Made by a program: the position numbers and the translations under genes. Positions 36,339-46,517 of a stretch of DNA of 64,000 nucleotides are shown here, piece by piece. The notes beneath the pieces were generated by a model that ran no database searches, was not told the DNA's origin, and saw only the letters and a program-made list of their open reading frames with translations. This DNA is from Toensbergia leucococca (Eukaryota), in the NCBI GenBank assembly GCA_022813965.1, contig JALDZS010000011.1, positions 124,001-188,000 on the forward strand, in the 5' to 3' direction. Every line of letters begins with the position of its first letter. Within the stretch, counting starts at the first letter, position 1.

Positions 36339-38858
36339 TCACCTCGTTCTTTTCTCTGCACCAGCCAACAAGCTGCCTGGCGCGTACTTACTCGTTTCAC
36401 TAAGGTCCAGCATCGGTGCTTGGGTCCGACCATCTCCCGTCATCATACGTCTACCGATCATGCTTGTTCCACCTCCACTCCCACCCTTATTGACCTGGCC
36501 GAGTAAACCTTCGTTAAACTTAAAGTTAACACCACTTTCGTAACTCTGCGCAGCTGTACCAGATGGGCGAAGGACGTGTGAAGACGGACTATGCATGGTC
36601 TTTGTGCGTTGAGGCCGTGAGCCTTCACCACTGATTGGATCCGATTTCTGCCATGCAATCGCAGGCGGGACTTGAATAGCTACTTCGGGTGTGGTTGCTA
36701 TATCGACGAGTCCTCCCGGTGGCATCTGCTCTAACGCTATGCCCCGACCTTTTCTACAATGTTGTGGCGGTGCCTGGTACTTTGGAGTCAAATCGACTAA
36801 GGGTTTCGGCCTTTCTCTTCGAGATGACATCCGCGTCAAGCCATCGATCTTGGCATTTTGAGATGGCAACACCTTTTGGTGTCCTGGAGTTAGCCGCTCA
36901 GCCTTCTCTGTAGGAGCCTGCGAAGACGGATTAGATGGCAAGGTGTTCGATGACTCTATAGCGAAAGGTTCGGAATTCGGCAATGACACCACCTCGCCAT
37001 TATGCTGGGCCTTTTCGCGGCGGCTATATGTTCTATCAAGCAACCCAGTGGTAGCAAAACTATTTCTTTCATTACCTAGTGTAGAAGACTTGGCCTTAAG
37101 GGAAGTGCCACGACTCGGTCTTATCGACGTGCTCATATCGAGACCTTCGGGGAAGGATAGAGGCGGGGCTCCTCGATTTCGGATTGGTTTATTGCGCTTA
37201 AGTAACGTCTTAGTTCCTATTAAATCGACTGAAGGAAATGAGGAGGATAAAGAACTTTGAACGGAATTACTAATTCGCTGGGAGTCGTTCTGTGGCAGCA
37301 CAGGAGTCGATGAACCCGTCAAGTGTGTACTCGCTCTCAACGGTGATCTCTCCCGGCGTTGGGGATGATGTGAGAAGCTATTTGTCAAAGCTTGGCGTGT
37401 GCCATTCTTAGGGACGACACTCTCGAGCTTCTGCGGGGACTTCTGGCCTTCTCCCATGACATGCACCAGGTACCAACTTCTCCATCCTTGAACTGCCTTG
37501 TACCATGCTGCCGCTAATTTCCTATCGCCGGTAGAGAAAAAGTGAACAAAATTGGCAGTGCTTAAAAACATGCTTGACTTGTGTTGACTTTTGACTGCGA
37601 AGCATATCTTCCTAGGAGGTTTAATTTTCTTAGCTGCCTGGCGCGGTGTGGGAACATATATATCAAAATCAGACAAGTGGCAAATTTTCGCAGTCTCGCT
37701 ATCTTCAGTCTTTGCTAGAAGAACCTGTCCATCTGTACGTAGAGTGATCCAGCGTTTGTCCCATTTGCCTGGCTTCTGAGAATAATACAAACACACTGTT
37801 GTATCTCCTGAATTTTCCCGTGAGACATGCTTGGCATCGAGATCATTATCATTGCCTCCTGTTGGTGACGGTACTATGATAAGGGTGTTCTGAGCATCGG
37901 TGTCCCATGAGTTCAAAACATCACGGATACGTTCATACTTTCGGAGAGGCCGCTCAAGGCCGAGTTGCTTGAATGACTCAAGCAGAACCACAGACTTCTC
38001 GTCAATATGCACAGATAGAGCATTTCCAGCAGAGCGAACGAGGTCGACAGCGGTGGAGAAGGGCGTGATAGGAAGAAAAATCGAAGACTTGTTACATTTG
38101 ACAAGAACTGTACGGTCTCCAGCATTGACAGCAGATACGGGCGCGTCAAACCTAAGTAAATCGCCTCGACTGCCCAACTCATCAACATCGTTTTGCAAGA
38201 TGTTTCGCTCCAATCCTGTCATGATACCCATCCCGCGGGAGGTCTGTTTCCTTCCGCATCCTTCATCCTTGAAATGAGAGGCAGATATATTTTCTTCCCG
38301 TAATGGATCCTTCCGGTCTGATGAACCTTTCTTTTCGGATTCACCAGGCTTTATCGGACTTTTGGCAAGCTCGAGATGTTGTGCGTCGTCCCAATGCCGC
38401 TGGCAGCTATCTTCTCGAGCTGGAAGGTTTCGATGAGTATTCTCTTTGCTAATACTTGACTTTCCCTGCTTCTGAGACCGTTGACGGCCACTGCCTTTTT
38501 TAGAATCGAACCGACAAGTATTTACTTCTTCGAGAGGCCCTCTCCGATCATCCTTGGAATCTTGTGCTCGCGAAAGCCTTTCATTACGTTGACCATCGTT
38601 TTTGGGCATAAGTCCAAGGTTATCTTGCTGGCTTAGACTGTGGTCAACCGGAGGATCCGGATAGGCATTGGCGGCTGCGTGTGTCCGAGTTGGGCGTTTA
38701 GCTCTATACCTAGAGATGCTTCGTTTGATGGAGTCTTGGCACGATGGTTCGGTCGTTGACGGTGGATGGATACCCGCCTCGTCGGACATCTGTCTTACGG
38801 AACGGTACCGAGAGAATTTTGGCTCTGATGCAAAAGGCGCCGATACTTCAGATGCCAT
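36339..38858 (-). CDS. Intronless 839-aa protein with a central ubiquitin-like (RA) and PH tandem and disordered flanks
   Basis: FDAPVSAVNAGDRTVLVKC..LLESFKQLGLERPLRKYERIRDVLNSWD (RA-like), followed by LYYSQKPGKWDKRWITLRTDGQV..CFAVKSQ..HFFST..AWYKAVQGWRSWYL (PH-like). Confidence 0.8.
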   Translation of the reverse strand: MASEVSAPFASEPKFSRYRSVRQMSDEAGIHPPSTTEPSCQDSIKRSISRYRAKRPTRTHAAANAYPDPPVDHSLSQQDNLGLMPKNDGQRNERLSRAQDSKDDRRGPLEEVNTCRFDSKKGSGRQRSQKQGKSSISKENTHRNLPAREDSCQRHWDDAQHLELAKSPIKPGESEKKGSSDRKDPLREENISASHFKDEGCGRKQTSRGMGIMTGLERNILQNDVDELGSRGDLLRFDAPVSAVNAGDRTVLVKCNKSSIFLPITPFSTAVDLVRSAGNALSVHIDEKSVVLLESFKQLGLERPLRKYERIRDVLNSWDTDAQNTLIIVPSPTGGNDNDLDAKHVSRENSGDTTVCLYYSQKPGKWDKRWITLRTDGQVLLAKTEDSETAKICHLSDFDIYVPTPRQAAKKIKPPRKICFAVKSQHKSSMFLSTANFVHFFSTGDRKLAAAWYKAVQGWRSWYLVHVMGEGQKSPQKLESVVPKNGTRQALTNSFSHHPQRRERSPLRASTHLTGSSTPVLPQNDSQRISNSVQSSLSSSFPSVDLIGTKTLLKRNKPIRNRGAPPLSFPEGLDMSTSIRPSRGTSLKAKSSTLGNERNSFATTGLLDRTYSRREKAQHNGEVVSLPNSEPFAIESSNTLPSNPSSQAPTEKAERLTPGHQKVLPSQNAKIDGLTRMSSRRERPKPLVDLTPKYQAPPQHCRKGRGIALEQMPPGGLVDIATTPEVAIQVPPAIAWQKSDPISGEGSRPQRTKTMHSPSSHVLRPSGTAAQSYESGVNFKFNEGLLGQVNKGGSGGGTSMIGRRMMTGDGRTQAPMLDLSETSKYAPGSLLAGAEKRTR

Positions 38859-38983
38859 GCTGTCTCTCTTGAGTAGGTCGAAAGTGATTGTAGAGCCATT
38901 TGGAATGCTGAGCTAGATTAACTACGAGAGACTGGGAGGTGGCAGTTTCCAGTTGGCTAACGTTTCGTGCCACGCGACTGGAC

Positions 38984-39043
38984 AAGGTACAATAAGGTAA
39001 GGTAAGGTATCGTGGGTATCGTGGGTATTACCTAAGGTATCGT
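38984..39043. repeat. Short GGTA-based tandem array
   Basis: (TAAGG)x3 followed by (GGTATCGTG)x2 and a further AAGGTATCGT; seven GGTA cores in 60 bp. Confidence 0.7.
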
Positions 39044-39435
39044 ACGCTGCGGGAGCTAGCTTAGGTCATTGTTTTGATATTCTACCGAAACTAACACTCG
39101 ACTTTGCAGTCTTGCAGGGAATACGGATTCCTGAGTAGCATTTTCTGTTAATGCCGAGTCAGGAGTCAAGGTACCAAATCGTTTTGTGTAGACCGAAGCT
39201 TCGGTCTCTACATTATCTAGAGTAGTACGTTAGGTCTCGGACCTTACACTAGAATTTCCGGACAGTCGTGTGTGCCTTTATGTGTCAATCATCCGCAGGG
39301 CAATTCTGGTGCAGCTTGTCTACTGCGTGCTCAATTTTCATCATGTATGCTCTCCTCAGTGATTACAGAATTCAGTGGCGAGTAGCCTGCAGAAGGCCGA
39401 GAAAGACATACTTACACTATATATTTTGGCTAATC

Positions 39436-40573
39436 TCATCCCCTGAACGCCCTCACCTCCCTTCGCCTATCAAGGTATTATTTTAAATGCCATTGCGATT
39501 TGTACGCTTGGACTCACCACCATCCTTTGAAGTCTTGAGTCATCACATTTATGCCCAGCTCTTTTAGTGACTTAGTCGACAAATGTGCATCATACGGCCT
39601 AGGCACGTTCGGGTCACCGCCTTCCTTGGTACCTACCATTCCGTCCAGTGGTAAGCCCATAATATCTGCCAGAAACTGACATATCTCGAATTTGGTAAAT
39701 TTATCCTCAGATGAGAAATGCAAGACGTTTGGCATTGTGAGTCGATTAGGGCCGGCATCTAGATACTTCATAGCAAGATCTTTGCAAACTCGTCCAACGT
39801 CCTCAGTGTTGGTGGGATAGCGTTGGGCGAAATCATCCATGAAGACTTTTGTGCTCTCCTTATCCTGCGCTTCCCAAACGCAATCCAACAGCACATTGAT
39901 GGCAGACTCGTTGTGGGTTTCTGCTTTCCCGTAGAGAACAGGTACTCGTAACACTACGCCAAGGCCGGTGGTCTTGGTCTGCTCGAGAATGGCCTTCTCT
40001 CCTTCCAGCTTTGTTTGTCCGTAGAGATTGGGTGGGCAAGTAGGAGCATTGGCTTCATAAGGGGCCATTCCTGGGGTGCCATCGAAGACATAATCTGTAG
40101 AGATGTAGATGAGAAGGATAGATCTATGTGCTGATGCTCTAGCAAGTATTCGCGAGGCACCGACATTTAGGGCTCGAGCGGCCTCAGGGTCGGCGTTACA
40201 GAGCTGAGGAGATCTGTTGGCGGCACCTGTGATTTAGGTCAGCTCCCTGTGTCTATCAAAGATGTCGGCGGCGGGATTGAGGTGTCTACACACAGTGTAC
40301 AATGACTTGTGGCCTTCATAGCCTCAGTAAAGTCAGCCCATCACTATCTCATGTTCCTGGAGGAAATGAATGCACAGCTGGACAAGCCTACTTGACCTTT
40401 TCCAGCAAAGATTCAATGCCATTTTGACTGAGTAAGTCAACCTTCAGTAGGGCTGGGGGGTTGGCTCTGGTAAAACCAACACCGACGGCTTTCCACCCAG
40501 CAGTTTCGAAAGCTTGCAACACTGCACGGCCAAGGAAGCCGCTGGCTCCTGTGACTAAGACTGTCGACACCAT
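39436..40573 (-). CDS. RmlD substrate-binding family SDR (dTDP-dehydrorhamnose reductase / MAT2B-like)
   Basis: VLVTGASGFLGRAV, KPQVIVHCAANRSP, IYISTDYVFDG, NLYGQTKLEGE (YxxxK), VVLRVPVLYG and RYPTNTEDV. Four exons including a 20-nt exon at 40313-40294. Confidence 0.9.
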
Positions 40574-41567
40574 ATCGTAAATGAATCGCATTGGTCATGT
40601 GGGGAGCGTCTTCAGTGCGAGCATTGTTACAGCACGAGCTTCTCATCAAGAGCTGGTGGTGTAAACCGCGCACATGACGACTCGAGGAACAAAGCCAGCA
40701 GTACCTTATTCGTACCTCAACATTAGGTGGGTACGAGTAGGTAAGGTGGTAAGGTTTCCATATTTGATGACAAAATCTAATATCGGCTCGAACAATGCTC
40801 AGACTGATTACGAACAGAGCAGACCTGATTCATTCAATGCAGATGGGCTCAAGGATGTCAGTACTACTTGGCATTCTCTTCTTTGCACGCATCCGTGTAG
40901 GATGGCATGCAATGAAAAGATAATAGCCTTCCTTTCAGAAGAGGCGGTTATGGTCCAAAAATTCCTTGCCGATCCGAAGACCAACAAGAGTAGTCAATAT
41001 TAGTTGTAGTTTTCAACTAGCAAAAACGCGATCTCGGACGAGTCCTCACTGATACGCGTAAAGCCCTTGCACTGGGATATGTATTAGTATTGGTAAAACT
41101 TCAAAGCAGATTGAGACAGCTTACCTTAGATGAGGAAGAAAAGAGATTGAGGGTGTTCGAACGAGACTAAGTAGCTTGGTCGCTATCCCCGGGTAACTCA
41201 TGGTGACATTTTCCACGTGTTAGTATGAGTCATCAAGTCTCATGAATTGAATTAATACATTCATTCAGAGTGTACCTAATTTTCTTCATATTACCTATGT
41301 ATGATTATATCGCGGTATTATCATGAAATATCTTGCTGACGATGTGAGTTACTTCCTAGCTTCACACTGAATTGCTCGAGTTATCTTCCAGATCGTCACA
41401 TCAAAAATGCGTGATCGAAGCAAAACAGATAAGCCATATTTTACTGGGCCGTCTCGTAACAGCATGAAATTGAGAATGATAGCACAGATGAGATCGCTAT
41501 TTATGGAATGCCAGCATCATTATGATCCATCTTAAAAGCCATATCGACACAGCGCAAAGATAGATCG

Positions 41568-44500
41568 CTACAGATTCTCGTCTTCATCGTCCAGTAGCTC
41601 CTCCAACAGTGAATCCTTCATTTCAGTGACGTCTTCGTCCTCTCCCATTTCCATTATCGTTTTCTCGCCCAACTCTGGGGCCGGTGCATCAACTCCTCCC
41701 TGCTCCATCACGGTCAGGCCATCCTCGTCACGGTTGTCCCTGGATGCTCCAGCTTCCCCTATGATTTTGCTCAATACCGCGTGCAATTTGTTGAGCGTAT
41801 TGCGAGACGTGGCATCATATGCAATCTTGTTGTCAATGGCTTCGGTAACAAGACCATACACGGCGCGGAGTTTCTCCTGGGAAGAATTGGACATGACATG
41901 TAGTTTGCTAAGCATGGTAACAAGGATCTTCCTTTCGTCTTCTGTGTATAGAATAAGCATGAATTGAGACATGAAGCGGACAGAATAGAATATCTTACTT
42001 GGACATCCATGGCTCATGATTTTTTCCAGAAGCGACTCTGCTAGATCGAGGTGTATATCGCCGTTGACGGTTTTGACCTCCTTCCTTCCAGACTCCTCCC
42101 ATCTGACACTGGTACTATCCTGTACCACCAGATTCCTAGCGTCTGTCCAATCTACCAACATACTGGCTACAACTCCCATTCCAACCATCTCCTCTTCCTC
42201 ATCTAGCGCTTCTCCCACGTCTATCAGAGCATGCACAGTACCAACTGCTACCTTCTGCATCCTTTCCATATTCTCCCTTCGACTATGGCAGTAGACCGGC
42301 AAAAAATAGGTCAATGCCTGTCGAACCCCGACGTTATCTTTCGTGGCAGGGTTAAAATAGCAAATCACTAACTGTTTGAGGAGCTCTTCCTCTCGGATCA
42401 CAGTCGTGAGCATTAGCTTACATAGAGCAGTCGTGGCAGCTGATTGCACATCAGGTGCATGTGACGCCTTTGTAGCTTTGGCGAAGATCTTGAATATAGA
42501 CTTCTGAACAACGCTTTCATCAGTCGTGACTAAAAGACTTGGATGTGTCGTCAAGATATCAGACAGAACGTGGATTGCGGTTATCTGAAGCGTATCGTGA
42601 CCCTTGTTAAAGCAATGGAGAAAGAGACTCAGGTTTTCCTCCGCTAGAGTCTGCATTTGACCTGTTAGCAGAGGAGTATTTCGTGGAGGGGCAATCTCAC
42701 CTTGTCCAGAAGGCAACATAAGCCCAAACAGAGTAAGCCTCGTTCTCGGATAGGCGCCTCATGACTTCTGACAGCTGGTACCACAAGGTTGTTGAGCATT
42801 GTCACGAGATGTACGTTCTGTTGAAGATTGCCCTCCACGTTCTGAAGCATACACTGAGCAATATGTAGACATTTCATATTGACCATGATCTCCTTGATAG
42901 CTTTTGTCTCGTCGACCTCCTCCTTTCTGCCATGGTCCTCCCCGTTTGTTGGTGTACTGTCGCTAAGTTCTGATAGCGCGGAATGAAAGCTTTCGTCTTC
43001 ATTCCCAGCTGTTGTATCATCGGCTGAGATTGTATCGTGAACCTCAGCGACTGCTTCCAGAACAACACCACAAAACTCTCGCTCCCCAGCATTTTCAATG
43101 CCACAAACGTCTCGGAGGACGTCGACAACCAGCTTAGTGATCTCATCCGGGAGGTCCGCAATAGCCAACGTCTCCCTTAGTAATGCGAACATCTTCCTCC
43201 TGCCGACTTCATCACTGTAATCCAATGTTTTTGCGATATGTAGCAGCTGCTCCACTATAAATTCCTGTTCAACAGTTTCTTCTTCTTCGCCTTCACAGAT
43301 TGTGGCGATACGATGAAGGTTGTCGACCAAGCTATTGGTATATCGTTGTAAGATGAAAGCCAGCTTCGTCACCTCAGGCATCTTCTCCTCCACCAGGGAT
43401 TCGTACTTGTCGTCCCCCGCCTGTTGGCAAAAGTCATTGAAGCTCCTGGCCATAAAAACGCTCTCCGCACTGAGTTGATCCCAGAAGGGATCCTCAAATG
43501 TAACAGCATCTCGATAGTCTGGCCGTCCGCCCCAGAATTCCTTCATGGCTTCTAGAGCCACTCCATTCTCCACCCCAGAATTGACGACATCCACACGCTC
43601 TAGAAGCTCAAATAAGCCTTCGATGCTCGGTGGCGACGTTTCTCCAGGAGTGGCTTCACTTGAAGTCGTTCGTGGTCCAGCGCAATCCTCAATCCAACGT
43701 TCTTGAAAGAGCCTTGCAGTGGCTTTTCGAACATTTTCATCCCGATCGCGCAGGCCCCAACGAAGTAGCTTCTCTCTCATGGACAACGATAGATGGCGAA
43801 AATCTCCCAGTGCAGGAAGCAATCTTGAATACAATGCTCTTCGAGTAGCTGGGTCGAGATCTCTGGCACGCTCTAACAGGTAAGGCAGAGTGCTGGGTGT
43901 TAAGGGAAGATTGAGCAGCAATGAGCGGCGCACATCTGCGCTAGGATCATTTTGGAGAACCTCCAGTAATTTCATCAGAAGCCCACTTGCATCATCATCA
44001 TCACTCTCGACGTCGGCTCGGTCCCCTTCACCTTCGTTACCAGCGAGTCGGCCGAGGCCAAGCACCGCTTGGACCCGGACGGTCGCTTCTTTGTCCCTCA
44101 GTCTCTTCAATAGTCCCATCTTGAGAAGATGATAGTACTCATCATCGATCGAGTCAAGGGAGTTGATGATGTGAGATACAAGCTGAGTCGCACGGTAACG
44201 CACAGTCTTCTCCTTGGAAGCCAGCAAAGGTAGCAAGATTGACAGGACGTGTGATGTCAATCGCGTACTTGGTGTCTCTGGAAAGGATTGGGTCTCTTCG
44301 CCATCGAAGTCCGGGACGAGCGCTGCATCTATATACAAGCCATTAGCGCGTGCCCCTCGTAGGTTTCATGCACTCGAGAACTCTCTCATGCTACCTTTCT
44401 CAGTAGCATGCCGTAAGAACAAGCCTAGAAATCTGACAATGCGATCCCCAACCCCTTCACTTTTCTTTACCACCATCAATCGAATGACACATCGGGCTAT

Positions 44501-44818
44501 TTCCACATTAAAATCATCCTCCTCAAAGTCATCTCGTCCGTTCTTGGAAGGCTGATGAGTAGTCTCATAGCAACAAGATTCCTGTATCTTCCTTAAATTG
44601 GTGGCCAATTTCCTATGCCCTGCCGTGGTTCTTTGTGCATCACCGAGCACGCTGGCAATTTGTATTCGCAAAGCTGACGAAGGTCCCTCGTCCGGTATTA
44701 CGGCAGTAGGGGAGGATATCCGTGCAGCGGCCGACGTGTGTGAATGCAGGGTTTGGACTGATGATTTGCGCGACACTCGAGAGTTAGCAGATGGGCGCGC
44801 AGATGGTCGTCCTGGCAT
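41568..44818 (-). CDS. YCG1: Condensin HEAT subunit Ycg1/Cnd3 (CAP-G)
   Basis: AQRTTAGHRKL, KEKTVRYRATQL, RLRDKEATVRVQAV, LQNDPSADVRR, ERARDLD, DYSDEVGRRKM and RQALTYFLPVYCHS. Four exons. Confidence 0.93.
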
Positions 44819-45077
44819 TTTGGGAAGCTAGTTGAAGACTCGGTATCTTTCTGAATTGCAAAAGCTTGAAAATGAGTATGAGAATGACAATACGGAGTAA
44901 CTTCGTAAGCGTGATGTAAACAAAGACGGGCACTAGCAGGTTTAGCGTCCCCGACCGCCTGGTAAACACTAAACAGCGGGGTCACTCACTCCGTGCCGTA
45001 AGCCTTACGCCATCAAGCCTGCTTAGTTTTTTCTCCACCACATGTCGCCGCCTCGTCTGATTTTCCTTCACCATATC

Positions 45078-46274
45078 ATGTTCCAACGGAACGTGCGACG
45101 ATTTGCGACCACGGCTTACCGAGCAGCTGAGACGCTTTCCCAAATGGATAGCCCAAACCAGTATGGGATACAGCTAGCTAAAGTACAGGGTCAAGTCAGC
45201 GGTTTAGTCGGAGGTAATGGCATCGGGATGCAGATTCCTAAATTGGCCATGTGCTGATCAGCCTTATTCCTGAAAGCCATTGGAAACACACCCCTGATCC
45301 GTCTCAATCGCCTTTCCGAAGAGACCGGCTGCGAAATTCTAGGAAAGGCCGAATTTCAGAATCCAGGCGGCAGTGTCAAAGATCGCGCAGCTTTATATGT
45401 AGTCAAGGACGCCGAGGATCGCGGTTTACTAAAGCCAGGAGGAACCGTCGTCGAAGGTACAGCAGGGAACACAGGTATAGGTCTAGCTCATGTCTGCCGA
45501 TCTAAGGGCTACCAATTAGTCATCTACATGCCAAACACACAGTCGCAGGGAAAGGTCGATCTTCTAAGACTATTAGGTGCAGAGGTCTTTCCTGTGCCAG
45601 CGGTGGCTTTCGAGAACCCGGAGAATTACAACCACCAAGCTAAACGGCACGCCGAGAGGCTGGAAAATGCAGTCTGGACAAATCAATTCGATAATCTTGC
45701 AAATAGGAAGGCCCATGTTGAGACGACGGGCCCAGAGATTTGGTACCAGACAAAGGGCAAGATCGACGCCTTCACCTGTTCAACAGGAACTGGGGGTACT
45801 TTGGCAGGCGTAACAAGATATCTCAAGACAGCATCAAATGGAAAGGTCAAGACCTTTCTCGCCGACCCTCCCGGCAGCGTCCTCCACGCATACATCACGA
45901 GCGGAGGAAAGCTAGCCGAAAGAACAGGCTCAAGTATCACAGAAGGAATCGGTCAGGGGCGGGTGACGGATAATTTAAAGCCAGACATCGACCTCATAGA
46001 CGGTGCGCTGCACATCAGCGACGAGAAAAGTATAGAGATGGTGTATCGATGTTTGGACGAGGAGGGTCTATATCTAGGAGCCAGTTCTTGTCTCAACGTT
46101 GTAGCAGCCAAAGAAGTGGCTGAGACGCTGGGAAAAGGTCATACCGTGGTGACCATCCTCTGTGACGGCGCATACCGCTACGCTGACAGGTTGTTCTCCC
46201 GAAAATGGCTGCAGGAGAAGAAGTTATTGGGCGCAATCCCATCACATTTGGAGCGGTACATTGTATTACCATAG
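45078..46274 (+). CDS. cysB: Cysteine synthase (O-acetylserine sulfhydrylase) with a mitochondrial-type presequence
   Basis: [15 protein letters not shown] leader; [13 protein letters not shown]-lysine motif [34 protein letters not shown] and TEGIG. Intron 45214-45276. Confidence 0.93.
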
Positions 46275-46517
46275 GCCGTTGGGTAATCAATGAGTCTTAT
46301 ATACTTTAGTCAATTCTGACCCCAACCACGCATTAGCCAGCAAACTTTGTACAGTAGTAAGAGCAACATTCCAAGTTCAATACGACGAAAATGCTTTGGT
46401 ATGCAGTCCCAAGCTCTCCCAACGCCGCGCTGATCCATTTTGAGTATCTCAAAGCAGTAACCTCCCAGATCTAAGCCTAGCATTTGATGCAGCCCATGAA
46501 CATATACAAAAGACATG

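Noticed and set aside
21187..46274. Sulfur-metabolism cluster (sulfite oxidase, MAT2B-like gene, cysB)
   Set aside because: The genes are spread over 25 kb among unrelated genes, and I saw no shared motif.
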